NCBI GenBank assembly: GCA_963794325.1
Contig: CAWCDG010000004.1
Location: 128,001 to 192,000, forward strand
Direction: 5' to 3'
Source of the DNA: an uncultured delta proteobacterium
Lineage (GTDB): Bacteria; Desulfobacterota; Binatia; Binatales; Binataceae
DNA: 64,000 nucleotides
The notes below the pieces were generated by a model that was given only the letters and a program-made list of their open reading frames with translations, searched no databases and was not told the origin of the DNA. Position numbers and translations under genes: made by a program. Shown here piece by piece: positions 10,695 to 20,385 of the stretch (position 1 is its first letter; each line of letters starts with the position of its first letter).

Positions 10695-12907
10695 CGCAAA
10701 GTAGTACTCCCGACCAACTGGCCGGCCTGATCGGGCGGGTGCAGACCTACAATCCGCAGGCCGACATCGGCCTTATCCGGCGCGCTTACGAATACTCGGC
10801 TCGGATGCATCTCGATCAGAAGCGCGAATCGGGCGAGCCCTACGTCACCCATCCGCTGAATGTCGCGATGATTATCGCTCAGCTCAAGCTCGACGTGCCT
10901 TCGATCGTCACGGGCCTGCTGCACGACGTGGTCGAGGATACGCACGCGTCGCTGGCCGAGGTGCAAGCGGACTTCGGTCCCGAGGTCGCGCAACTGGTGG
11001 ACGGCGTGACCAAGGTCTCGAAGATCACGTTTCAGAGCCGCGAAGAAAAACAGGCCGAGAATTTCCGCAAGATGATCATCGCGATGGCCAACGACATTCG
11101 CGTCGTGCTGATCAAGCTGGCCGACCGCCTGCACAACATGCGCACGCTCGACCATCTCTCCGCCGAACGGCAGCAGGAGATCGCGCGCGAGACGATGGAG
11201 ATTTACGCGCCGATTGCGCATCGCCTCGGTATCTATTGGCTCAAATCGGAGCTCGAGGATCTGGCGTTCCGTTATCTGAATTCCAGTTCGTACCAGACTT
11301 TGAAGGCCTTTGTCGCGGAGAAGCGCAAGGAGCGCGAGGAGTATATAGCCAACGTCATCGAAATTTTGTCGCGCCGCATGTCCGATAGCGGGGTGACGGC
11401 CGAGGTCACCGGCAGACCGAAGCATTTCTTTTCGATTCACTCGAAGATGCAGGAGCTGGGGCTCAGCTTCGAGGAAATCTACGATCTCGTCGCGTTCCGC
11501 ATCATCGTCGACACGGTGCGCGAATGTTACGAGGCGCTCGGCGTCGTGCATGCGAACTGGAAGCCGGTGCCCGGCCGCTTCAAGGATTACATCGCGCTGC
11601 CCAAGGCGAACATGTACCAGTCGCTGCATACCACGGTGATCGGGCCGCGTGGGCAGCGGATGGAAGTGCAGATTCGCACGCGCGAGATGCACAAGGTCGC
11701 GGAGGAAGGAATCGCGGCGCACTGGAGTTACAAGGACGGCAACGCGAAAGAGATCAGAGAAAAGGATACCGAGCGGTTCGCCTGGCTGCGGCGGCTGATC
11801 GAATGGCAGCAGAATCTCAAGGACCCGCAGGAATTCCTGTCGACGGTCAAGGACGACCTGTTCCCCGAGGAAGTTTTCGTGTTCACGCCGAAGGGCGACG
11901 TGTTCGATTTCCCGCTCGGCTCGACCGTGATCGACTTCGCGTATCGAATCCATTCGCAGGTCGGGAATCACCTGGCGGGCGCGCGCGTCAACGGGCGCAT
12001 GGTGCCGCTGCGCTATCGGCTTCGATCGGGTGATACGGTCGAGGCGCTCACATCTGAAAAGCAGGTGCCGGGCAAGGATTGGACGAACTACGCGGCGACG
12101 GCGCGCGCGAAATCGCGCATCCGTCAATGGCTTCGCAATCAGCAGGCGGAACGCTCGCGTGATCTTGGAATCTCGCTAATCGATCACGAGCTCGAACCGC
12201 TCAAGCTCACCGTCACGCAGCTCAAATCGGGCAAGCGGCTCGACGGAGTTCTCGCCGAGTTTTCGCGGCGCGACGTCGACAGCCTGCTCGCGGCAGTCGG
12301 CTACGGAATAATCACGCCGGCCCAATTGATCGGAAAACTTCTCACGCCCGAAGAACTGAAAATCTATCGCCCCGAGAAGCCGCCGACGCCGCTGGGTCCG
12401 GTGCAGCGGGAACGCGCGGCCAAGGAAGCGCGCAAATCGGCGAGCGGCGCGGTCGTGGTCTCGGGCGTCGACGACATGCTGGTGCGATTCGCGAAGTGCT
12501 GCAACCCGCTGCCGGGCGAGGCGATCACCGGCTTCATTACCCGCGGACGCGGCGTTACGGTGCACGTCGCGGGATGCCCGCATGCGCTCGACACCGATCC
12601 GCAGCGGCGCGTGCCGGTGGTGTGGAAAGACGGCGAAGAGGCGCCGCGCCCGATTCGACTCGAAGTGCTATGCGCCGATCAGCCGGGCTTGCTCGCTGCA
12701 ATGACCAAGGCGATCGCGTCGGCGGGCGTCAATATATCGACGGCCGAAGTAAAAACTCACGGCTCCGACGGACGCGCGCTTGCGGTGTTCGAGGTCAGCG
12801 TGACCAGCGCGCGTCAATTGAACAACCTGATGAACTCGATCGGATCGATCGACGGCGTGATGCGCGTGTCGCGCCTCGGCCAGCAAAACGGTAATCGCTA
12901 TTCATGA
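10682..12907 (+). CDS. spoT: Bifunctional (p)ppGpp synthetase/hydrolase (long RSH)
   Basis: HD domain LLHDVVED, KLADRLHNMRT, RFKDYIA..YQSLHT, TGS (VFTPKG, DFAY), CCNP and ACT domains. Confidence 0.93.
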   Translation: MEELAQSSTPDQLAGLIGRVQTYNPQADIGLIRRAYEYSARMHLDQKRESGEPYVTHPLNVAMIIAQLKLDVPSIVTGLLHDVVEDTHASLAEVQADFGPEVAQLVDGVTKVSKITFQSREEKQAENFRKMIIAMANDIRVVLIKLADRLHNMRTLDHLSAERQQEIARETMEIYAPIAHRLGIYWLKSELEDLAFRYLNSSSYQTLKAFVAEKRKEREEYIANVIEILSRRMSDSGVTAEVTGRPKHFFSIHSKMQELGLSFEEIYDLVAFRIIVDTVRECYEALGVVHANWKPVPGRFKDYIALPKANMYQSLHTTVIGPRGQRMEVQIRTREMHKVAEEGIAAHWSYKDGNAKEIREKDTERFAWLRRLIEWQQNLKDPQEFLSTVKDDLFPEEVFVFTPKGDVFDFPLGSTVIDFAYRIHSQVGNHLAGARVNGRMVPLRYRLRSGDTVEALTSEKQVPGKDWTNYAATARAKSRIRQWLRNQQAERSRDLGISLIDHELEPLKLTVTQLKSGKRLDGVLAEFSRRDVDSLLAAVGYGIITPAQLIGKLLTPEELKIYRPEKPPTPLGPVQRERAAKEARKSASGAVVVSGVDDMLVRFAKCCNPLPGEAITGFITRGRGVTVHVAGCPHALDTDPQRRVPVVWKDGEEAPRPIRLEVLCADQPGLLAAMTKAIASAGVNISTAEVKTHGSDGRALAVFEVSVTSARQLNNLMNSIGSIDGVMRVSRLGQQNGNRYS

Positions 12908-13287
12908 AGACTTCGATTCACACCAGGAATGCGCCGGCCGCAATTGGCCCCTACTCACAAGCGGTCGAGCAAAATGGGCTGGTCTTCTGCTCGGGACAAA
13001 TTTCTCTTGAGCCGGCGTCCGGCAAGATCGTCGAGGGCGGGATAGAATTCGAGACTCGGCGCGTGCTGCAAAACCTGGGCGAAGTGCTCGCAGCAGCCGG
13101 CCTGGATTTTGTCGATGTAGTGAAGACGACGATCTTCATGATCGATCTTGGCGATTTCGAAGTCGTGAATCGAATATACGGAGAGCACTTCGAGCCACCC
13201 TATCCAGCGCGCTCGACGGTCCAGGTGGCCGCCCTGCCGCGCAACGCAAGAATCGAGATCGACGCGATCGCCCTGAAGCGCGAGTAG
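12904..13287 (+). CDS. ridA: RidA/YjgF reactive intermediate deaminase
   Basis: APAAIGPYSQA, SGQI, YPARSTVQVAALP. Confidence 0.92.
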   Translation: MKTSIHTRNAPAAIGPYSQAVEQNGLVFCSGQISLEPASGKIVEGGIEFETRRVLQNLGEVLAAAGLDFVDVVKTTIFMIDLGDFEVVNRIYGEHFEPPYPARSTVQVAALPRNARIEIDAIALKRE

Positions 13288-13290
13288 TCA

Positions 13291-13629
13291 CTACAGGCTG
13301 AGCAGCGCCCGAAGTTTGGCCGCGACTTCGGCTACCGTATTCTTCGGACATTTTCCAAGTTGCCTTACTGTGCGGCTTTTCCAATTGACGGTTTTCAATT
13401 GATCGACCAGGATCGCGCCACCGACAGGAAATCCCGCCGGAATCACGACCTCAAAAGGATAGCCTTTTATTTTGGTCGTGATCGGACACACAACCGCCAG
13501 ATCGGTTTTTGCGTTGAACGCAGCCTCAGTCAGAACAAGGGCGGGACGTGCGCCGGCCTGCTCGCGTCCCAGTGCGGGATCGAAGTCAAGGTCGACAAAA
13601 TCGCCGCGTTCTGGAACGTACCTGGCCGT
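13291..13629 (-). CDS. mazF: MazF/PemK endoribonuclease toxin (no canonical start; ACG at 13629)
   Basis: Manual translation: (ACG)ARYVPERGDFVDLDFDPALGREQAGARPALVL...VCPITTKIKGYPFEV...ILVDQLKTVNW; 112 aa, directly after mazE. Confidence 0.88.
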   Translation of the reverse strand, partial: TARYVPERGDFVDLDFDPALGREQAGARPALVLTEAAFNAKTDLAVVCPITTKIKGYPFEVVIPAGFPVGGAILVDQLKTVNWKSRTVRQLGKCPKNTVAEVAAKLRALLSL

Positions 13630-13635
13630 GGCTGA

Positions 13636-13875
13636 TTACCAGGCTTCCTTACCGGCCGGCTTGCCCCAAGCGACTAATCGGTGGCTGTTCTTCGGCGTGA
13701 TCCGCCCGACGAGCTGATGCAAATCGTACTTGGGAGATTGCGCCGGCACTACGATCAGCTGGCCGCGCCGCACCTTCAGGTCGACCACGGTGCCTTCCTC
13801 AAGCCCGGCTGTTTCTGCAAAGCCTGCTGGGATACGCACCGCAAGGCTATTGCCCCACTTCGAAATCGTTTGCAT
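13636..13875 (-). CDS. mazE: MazE/AbrB-family antitoxin
   Basis: KWGNSLAVRIP, L..LV..ITP.N.H..V.WG.P.G.EAW. Confidence 0.92.
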   Translation of the reverse strand: MQTISKWGNSLAVRIPAGFAETAGLEEGTVVDLKVRRGQLIVVPAQSPKYDLHQLVGRITPKNSHRLVAWGKPAGKEAW

Positions 13876-13910
13876 AGCCTGTATCTACAATGTCTAAACG
13901 CTGCTGTCAA
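13876..13910 (-). promoter_or_regulatory. Putative sigma70 promoter and autoregulatory operator of mazEF; probably leaderless transcript
   Basis: TTGACA (13910-13905), 17 nt spacer, imperfect -10 TAGATA, 6 nt to ATG; palindrome TGTAGATACA over the -10; no SD. Confidence 0.45.
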
Positions 13911-13962
13911 CCCCGCGCGCCTGCGGCAGTGGCCGCGCGCGACAACGGAGCGCGGCGTTAAC

Positions 13963-13986
13963 ACTGGGCGCAGGGGTCACCCCTGC
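13963..13986 (+). repeat. REP-like palindrome family A, copy 1
   Basis: ACTGGGCGCAGGGGTCACCCCTGC; contains the stop codon of the adjacent kinase gene. Confidence 0.8.
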
Positions 13987-14720
13987 AGAATCGACAGCGC
14001 GGCTGCGTCGAGAAATTTTCCCGACGGATCGAGCTTGCGCGCGGATCGCATCAGGCGCGCCCGGTTGGCGTGACGCATTGCCGCCGACAACGGCGCGTCG
14101 AAAAGCCGGGACTTGTCGAGGTCGATGATAATCACGGTGAAACTGTCGCGCGCTCGCGTCACCAGCAGGTTGTGCAGATTGAGGTCGGCGTGAAAGAGAC
14201 CCTTGTTGTGCATCGTATCGATCGCGGCGCGCGCCTGTTCGAGCACGTGAGTACGAACCGTCGGATCATCGTCGGTCTTGACGAATTCCCACAACGTCAT
14301 ACCGCGCACCGCTCGGGTCAGAAAGAATCCGCGATAAAGAACGGGGCAATCCATTCGACCATCGCGCCCATCGGCTGGGCCACCGGAATTCCACGCCTCA
14401 TCGCTTCGATTGTGAGGGCCAGCTCATTCAACGGACGCGGCGTCATCCCGACGTAAACGTCGCTGAGGATCGATGCAATAAGTCCGCCGCGACGTCCACG
14501 ACGTGCAAATAACTCAACGCCATCACTCGAGGTCCAACCGATATGCGCTCTGCCGATTGCCCGCGCCGGCTTCCATGGCGGACGTCAGCGCTCCGAGCTT
14601 CTGCATGATTTGCGCAGCTTGCGGTGCGATTTCGCGATGAATCACGAGTTCTCGACGGCCAACCTTGAAGGTCGAGAAGTCAGGATGCGCGCGCCACTTC
14701 ATTTGTGAAGGCGGTCTCAC
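13977..14720 (-). CDS. Kdo kinase-like LPS kinase (KdkA family), two frameshifts (~14525, ~14345)
   Basis: Pieces join: ..GAGNRQSAYRLDL / SDGVELFARRGRRGGLIA..RPLNEL..GIPVAQPMGA / LYRGFFLTRA..HADLNLHNLL..IDLDK..RLMRSARK; at the end of the lipid A-Kdo gene run. Confidence 0.75.
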
Positions 14721-15901
14721 GCGCGCGATTCCTCACTGGTGAGCCACAATACGAATACGGCGGCCAGCGCGAGCATCGATGAAACAAAATGTGCCGAGTA
14801 GAAGAGTGCAATGCGGTTCAAGTAGTTTCCTGTCGCCAGATTCAAAAGCACGGAAAGGGCAAACAGCGTCCACGCGATCTTCGGCGCGCTCTTGCCGGCG
14901 ATGCGATCCGTCACCAGCGCCGCAGTCAGCGCCATGTACGGCACGAGCATCGCGGCGTAGTAGCTCTTCCATGAAATCGGCGCGAACGACGGCATCAGGC
15001 AGAACAATCCGCACAGCGCCAGGCGATTCACGAATTCTTCGCGCTCGCCGCTCATCCAGTCCCAGAGCGATACTGCCGCGACGAGCACGATCTCGAGTCC
15101 CATTCCGACAATCGTAGCGGTCGCGGACGTTTCTGCGGCGGCGCCAACGCGAAGACTCATCAGGCGCGCAATCGCGGACACGGCCGACTGATTCGTGAGC
15201 ATCGTGCGATATCGGTTCGTCATCGAAGCGATCGCGGTGAGGTACGCGCCGGTTTGAATAATCAATTCGTGCGTCCCGAAGATCGCGAAGGGCATAACCA
15301 GCAGAGCGATCCCAGCCGCGACAGCGAATAGAAGTGGAGCGAAACGTTTTCGGATCGCAAGATGAAACGCGGCAAGTATCGCGAACGGCTTGATCAATAT
15401 CGCGGCCGCGAGCATCAGACCAGCCCACGCATTCCGGGATTCGTCAGCGTAGATGATCGCCCAAACTATCAGCGCCAGCGTCGGGAGATTTATCTGGCCG
15501 TGATCGAAATTGTTGTCGATGAATCGAAATGACAGCAGCACCGGGACGACGATCAGCGCTGCCTCGAGTTGCCGCTCGCGCCCGAACAGGATCACGCCAG
15601 AGCCTAGGATCAATTCGATTAGCGAGAATGCGTTGAGCAGGAAGAAAACAAATTGCGCGAGATGACGTGGCAGGAGCGCCAGTGGTGCAAATGCGATCGC
15701 GAAAATTGGTGCGTAGAGAAAACGATCGGAGTCATCAGGTGGGTAGATCGCATGGCCGAGCAGGACGCGATGGCCCGCGCGATAGTAAACGTTGAAATCG
15801 CCTTGCGCACGAAACGTCGCCGAGATGCCAAGCCCGACGAGATAGGCCCCCAACGCGAGCCATCCGAGTTGACGAGCGCGCTGGCTGCCTATCGTTTTCA
15901 C
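14717..15901 (-). CDS. GT87/DUF2029 GT-C membrane glycosyltransferase
   Basis: GDFNVYY..G, FLYAP.FA, GQIN, IKP, NQS, PISW motifs; polytopic. Confidence 0.8.
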   Translation of the reverse strand: MKTIGSQRARQLGWLALGAYLVGLGISATFRAQGDFNVYYRAGHRVLLGHAIYPPDDSDRFLYAPIFAIAFAPLALLPRHLAQFVFFLLNAFSLIELILGSGVILFGRERQLEAALIVVPVLLSFRFIDNNFDHGQINLPTLALIVWAIIYADESRNAWAGLMLAAAILIKPFAILAAFHLAIRKRFAPLLFAVAAGIALLVMPFAIFGTHELIIQTGAYLTAIASMTNRYRTMLTNQSAVSAIARLMSLRVGAAAETSATATIVGMGLEIVLVAAVSLWDWMSGEREEFVNRLALCGLFCLMPSFAPISWKSYYAAMLVPYMALTAALVTDRIAGKSAPKIAWTLFALSVLLNLATGNYLNRIALFYSAHFVSSMLALAAVFVLWLTSEESRA

Positions 15902-15944
15902 TCCTTCACCGCGGAAGCAGGACTGGCCGCGCGCCGCGGTGAGC

Positions 15945-16115
15945 TCACGCGATCGGTTTGGCTTCCTCGATCAGCATGATTGGAATGTCGTCGCGCACCG
16001 GGTACTCGAGTTTGCAGGCGCTGCAGACGAGACCGTCCCGCTTATCATTGAGATGCAGATCGCCTTTGCATTTCGGGCACGCCAGGATGTCGAGCAATTC
16101 CTGACTCAGCGCCAT
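15945..16115 (-). CDS. Trm112/YcaR family protein (56 aa)
   Basis: Manual: MALSQELLDILACPKCKGDL...LVCSACKLEYPVRDDIPIMLIEEAKPIA; GGAGG RBS; usual lpxK neighbour. Confidence 0.9.
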   Translation of the reverse strand: MALSQELLDILACPKCKGDLHLNDKRDGLVCSACKLEYPVRDDIPIMLIEEAKPIA

Positions 16116-16148
16116 CGCCGATGTCCTCCAACAATTTTATTTTTTCCG

Positions 16149-17273
16149 CTACGCATCCACCGCCGCCTTCGCCGAGGTCACGCGCCCGAGTATCAACTCG
16201 TCGAGCGCCCGATCGTCTGCCGCGTCCATCGTCACTTCGAGCCTGAGAGCGTATAGCGAATCACGTGGGAACGGAACCCGCTCCAGCTTGACGAGGTCCT
16301 TCTCGGTAGTGACGACAATATTCTCGGTGTCGCGCATCGCATTCACGATAGCCTGCCAGTCGGCGTTGGTGTAGGCGTGATGGTCCGGATATTCGAAAAT
16401 GCCGACGAGGTCCGCGTCGAGATCGCGCAGCATCGCGTAGAACGCGCTCGGGTCCGCCAGACCGCTGACCGCCAGCACGCGCCGTCCACCAAGTTCCAGC
16501 GGGGTTTCTCGCCACACACCATTCTCGATCGCGAGCAGCGCGCGCGGCCGCACCGACGCGTGCAGTAATTTTCGCGCGGTCAGCTTCTTCATTTGCGATG
16601 GTCGAATCGCCGATGCGCCGGTGCCGGTATTCATCACGATGATCGCGTCGGCGCGCCCTATCGAACGAATCGGTTCGCGCATCGGCCCTGCCGGCAGCAT
16701 CCAGCCGTTGCCGAAACCACGCTCGTTGCTGACCAGCAGGAGATCGACGTCGCGATTCAAACGCTCGTGCTGAAAGCCGTCGTCGAGGATCACCGCGTCG
16801 AGCGGACCGAGCCGCAGCAGTCGCTCGATTCCGTTGATGCGTCGATGCGCGACTGCAATCGGCCCGGTGAACGACCGCGCCATCATCGACGGTTCGTCGC
16901 CGGCCTCTTCGGGTGAAATCGTCAATTTGCCGCTGTCGGCGACCAGCTGGGAGCGCACCCGCGATCGCGTGCGCCCATAGCCCCGACTCACGATTCCTAC
17001 CCGCAGGCCGTGGCTCTGCAGGCGCCGCGCGAGAAACAAAGTGAACGGAGTCTTGCCGGTTCCGCCGACGGTGAGATTGCCGACGCTCACCGTCACCACT
17101 GGCGCCTGCCGCTTCATCATTCTCCAATACAGATGACGCGCGCTGACGCCGACCCGATAAAATCCCGCTGCGGCTGCGAGTCCGATCCACGCCGGAAGAA
17201 GCCGCGGCGGAAGATCGCGCTGCCACAATCGCTCGATTCGTGGGCGATTCGGACTCGGCTCGTTTATGGGCAT
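16149..17273 (-). CDS. lpxK: Tetraacyldisaccharide 4'-kinase
   Basis: [45 protein letters not shown]. Confidence 0.95.
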   Translation of the reverse strand: MPINEPSPNRPRIERLWQRDLPPRLLPAWIGLAAAAGFYRVGVSARHLYWRMMKRQAPVVTVSVGNLTVGGTGKTPFTLFLARRLQSHGLRVGIVSRGYGRTRSRVRSQLVADSGKLTISPEEAGDEPSMMARSFTGPIAVAHRRINGIERLLRLGPLDAVILDDGFQHERLNRDVDLLLVSNERGFGNGWMLPAGPMREPIRSIGRADAIIVMNTGTGASAIRPSQMKKLTARKLLHASVRPRALLAIENGVWRETPLELGGRRVLAVSGLADPSAFYAMLRDLDADLVGIFEYPDHHAYTNADWQAIVNAMRDTENIVVTTEKDLVKLERVPFPRDSLYALRLEVTMDAADDRALDELILGRVTSAKAAVDA

Positions 17274-17276
17274 CGG

Positions 17277-18542
17277 TCAGCCGAGATTAATGAGCGCTTC
17301 GAGCTGCTTCAAGGCGAAATCCGCACCGCCTGCGCCTTTGCCGACGGATGCGCGCGCATTGCGGCCCGCTTGTTTTCGCGCGGCGTCGTCAATCAGCCAT
17401 TTCGAGGCTTCGCTGACGATATCGCCCGCGTTCTTGACGATTCGCGCGCCGCCCGCACTGACAATCGACGACACGATCTCCTGTTGGTTCTCGTGATACG
17501 GGCCGATCAACACTGGGACATCGACTAATGCGGGCTCGGCGGGATTTTGGCCGCCGCGTCCCGGCGCAAGGCTGCCGCCGACGAACGCGATCGCACCGAG
17601 CCGATAGAAGCTGCGCAGCTCGCCCATTGTATCGAGGATCAAAACGTCCGCGTCGCTTGCTGTGTCCACTGAATTGAGTTCCGACGCTTTCACGAATTTC
17701 AACGAGGCCGCGCGTAATGTGTTTTCAATTTCCGGCATGCACTCGAGATGACGCGGGGCAATCGTCAACGCGAGCTGGGGAAAGTTCTTGCGCAGTTCGC
17801 GATAAGCATCCGCGATCACCGCGTCCTCACCCGGCGCGGTGGATCCGGCGATAAGAAGTTTGCGCCCGGATGCGAATTTCATCAGCGCGGGACGAATCGG
17901 ATCCTCGGTCGCGTTCGGCTTCGCCGCTTCGATTTTGGTGTTGCCAGTGACTACTATCCTTGTCGCGAGATCGAATTTCGCGTACCGCTGCGCATCGTTC
18001 TCGCTCTGCGTCATGATCAGGGCCGCGCTGCCGAGTGCATCTCGAAAGAGGCCGCGCGCGCGCATGTAACGGCGCATCGAACGCTCCGATATGCGGCCGT
18101 TGACCACGGCGATGGTTGCGCCGGCGCGCGCGGATTCGAAAAAGTAGTTCGGCCAGATTTCAGTCTCCGTGATCAGCACTACACTGGGCCGCACGCGCTT
18201 CAGAAAAGATCGCACCGCGCGCTGATTGTCGAGCGGCGCGAGCATCCACGCCTGTGCGCCCGGGATTCGACGCTGCGCGGCCTCGCGTCCCGTTGCAGTC
18301 ATCGTGGTGAATGCCATAATCGCGCGCGGATGATGCTCGAGAAGGCCGTTGGCGACCGGGCGAATCGCTTCGACTTCGCCGACTGACGCCGCATGAATCC
18401 AGATTCGCGGCGTGCCCGTCCTCTGCGGAAAATCGCCGTGGCCCATGCGCTCGCGATAGTCCCGCATGTTCGCCGGATGCGCGGCCAACAACGCGAACGG
18501 AAGCGCCGGGTACCACAGCATGTTGTAAATCGCGCTCAGCAT
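17277..18542 (-). CDS. waaA: Kdo transferase
   Basis: WIHAASVGE, ETEIWPN, GNTK, APRH, DTMGEL, FVGGS, GGQNPAEP; start at ATG 18542. Confidence 0.95.
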   Translation of the reverse strand: MLSAIYNMLWYPALPFALLAAHPANMRDYRERMGHGDFPQRTGTPRIWIHAASVGEVEAIRPVANGLLEHHPRAIMAFTTMTATGREAAQRRIPGAQAWMLAPLDNQRAVRSFLKRVRPSVVLITETEIWPNYFFESARAGATIAVVNGRISERSMRRYMRARGLFRDALGSAALIMTQSENDAQRYAKFDLATRIVVTGNTKIEAAKPNATEDPIRPALMKFASGRKLLIAGSTAPGEDAVIADAYRELRKNFPQLALTIAPRHLECMPEIENTLRAASLKFVKASELNSVDTASDADVLILDTMGELRSFYRLGAIAFVGGSLAPGRGGQNPAEPALVDVPVLIGPYHENQQEIVSSIVSAGGARIVKNAGDIVSEASKWLIDDAARKQAGRNARASVGKGAGGADFALKQLEALINLG

Positions 18543-18591
18543 CGGGGTCTTGTCGGTCGGCACGGTCGGTCGAACCTGCGATCCGCAATGG

Positions 18592-20385
18592 TCAGTTGAC
18601 CAGGCCGCCGTTGCCGGCCAGATCTTCAGGCGACATGAATTGCAGGTCGTAGAGCTTTCGGTATTCCTGGCCGCGCGCAAACAATTCGTCGTGGGTGCCG
18701 TCTTCGACGATTCGTCCGTGAACGACTACGACGATTCGGTCCGCGCGGCGAACCGTGGATAGTCGATGCGCTATCACCAGCGTCGTCCGGTTTTCCATCA
18801 GATGCTCGAGCGCTTCCTGCACCGACCGTTCGGAAGCGGAGTCCAGCGACGAGGTCGCCTCGTCGAGAATCAGAATCGGCGCGTCTTTGAGTAGTGCACG
18901 CGCGATCGCGATCCGCTGGCGCTCGCCACCGGAGATGCGCACGCCCAGCTCGCCCACCATCGTCTCGTAGCCGTTCGGCAGCCGCGAAATAAAATCGTGC
19001 GCATTAGCGAGCTTGGCGGCCGCGATCACGCGATCGAGCTTCTTGTCACTGCTGCCGTACGCGATGTTGGCGCGAATCGTATCGTCGAACAGAAACGTGC
19101 TCTGGGTCACGAGACCGATTTCCGCGCGCAGCGACTTGAGCCGCAGCTTGCGCAGGTCGATGCCATCGACCGTTATGCATCCCTGCTGAACGTCATAGAA
19201 ACGCGGGATCAAATCCGCCATCGTGGACTTGCCGCCGCCGCTCATCCCGACCAGCGCAACAACCTTGCCCTTGCCGATCTCAAGGTTGATATCGTGCAGC
19301 ACCCATTCGTCGCCGTATCTGAAGCTGACGTTTTCGAACGCGACGCTGTGCGGACCGGGCTGCAACTCGATTCCGTCGGGATCGTCGGGCACCTCGCTCG
19401 GCAGATCCATCATCTCGAAGACGCGCTCCGCCGCCGCGAGTCCTTGCTGAATACTGTTGTTGGTTTTGCCCAGCGCTTTGAAGGGGCGGTACACCAGGAT
19501 CATCGTAGTAAAGAATCCGGCGAATTGTCCCAGCGTGCGGGTTCCCGCCTGCAACGATCCTACCGCCCACCAGACCACAGCGACGACTGCGACCGCGCCG
19601 AGCGCCTCAATCAACGGCCCGGTGAAAGCCTTGATTCGCGCCACCCGCATGAAGATTCGGAACAGCCGCTTGAGCTCGCGATTGAAACGCGCGCGCTCGT
19701 AATCTTCCATTCCAAACGCCTTCACGACGCGATTCCCTTGCAAGGTTTCAACCAACAGAGATTGCAGGCCGCTCAGTTGCTTTTGCTGATTCTTGGTCTC
19801 GCGGCGAACTTTCTTCGACAGGCTGGCAATCGGCAGCACGATGATCGGGAACCCGATGAAGGCGATAATCGCGAGCCGCCAATCGATCCAGAAGGCCGTC
19901 ACCAGCAACGCGATCAGCGACATACCGTCGCCGAAAATCGAAAAGACGCCGTTACTCAAACTCGAAACCACCAGGCCGGCATCGCTGATGATTCGCGCGA
20001 CCATCACGCCGGTCGGCGTGCGATTGAAAAAACTCAACGACTGGCGTTGCAGACTTTCGTTCAGGTCGCCGCGAATATCGACGACCATCTTCTGAGTTAT
20101 ATAGGCGCTCAGATAGTCGTCTCCGAAGTTGGCAATCGCGCGGAGCAAAAACAGTCCCGCCAGCAGCAGCGAGTATTCGCGCAGCATCGACGCACTGTGC
20201 GCATCCAGCTGATTGCCGACCTTCAGATTGGTGACCAGGTCGACGACCAGCTTTATGATGAAGGGGATTCCCGCGCTGGCTAGCGACAGTATCGCCATCG
20301 CCACCGCAAGCAGCAGCACGTAAGGAAATACGTATGGGCGGATGTAGCCGTAGAGCCGCCGCTGCAATGGAGTGAACAACTTCAT
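18592..20385 (-). CDS. msbA: Lipid A ABC exporter
   Basis: TMD plus NBD (GMSGGGKS, ISGGERQR, DEATS); between lpxB and waaA. Confidence 0.88.
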   Translation of the reverse strand: MKLFTPLQRRLYGYIRPYVFPYVLLLAVAMAILSLASAGIPFIIKLVVDLVTNLKVGNQLDAHSASMLREYSLLLAGLFLLRAIANFGDDYLSAYITQKMVVDIRGDLNESLQRQSLSFFNRTPTGVMVARIISDAGLVVSSLSNGVFSIFGDGMSLIALLVTAFWIDWRLAIIAFIGFPIIVLPIASLSKKVRRETKNQQKQLSGLQSLLVETLQGNRVVKAFGMEDYERARFNRELKRLFRIFMRVARIKAFTGPLIEALGAVAVVAVVWWAVGSLQAGTRTLGQFAGFFTTMILVYRPFKALGKTNNSIQQGLAAAERVFEMMDLPSEVPDDPDGIELQPGPHSVAFENVSFRYGDEWVLHDINLEIGKGKVVALVGMSGGGKSTMADLIPRFYDVQQGCITVDGIDLRKLRLKSLRAEIGLVTQSTFLFDDTIRANIAYGSSDKKLDRVIAAAKLANAHDFISRLPNGYETMVGELGVRISGGERQRIAIARALLKDAPILILDEATSSLDSASERSVQEALEHLMENRTTLVIAHRLSTVRRADRIVVVVHGRIVEDGTHDELFARGQEYRKLYDLQFMSPEDLAGNGGLVN

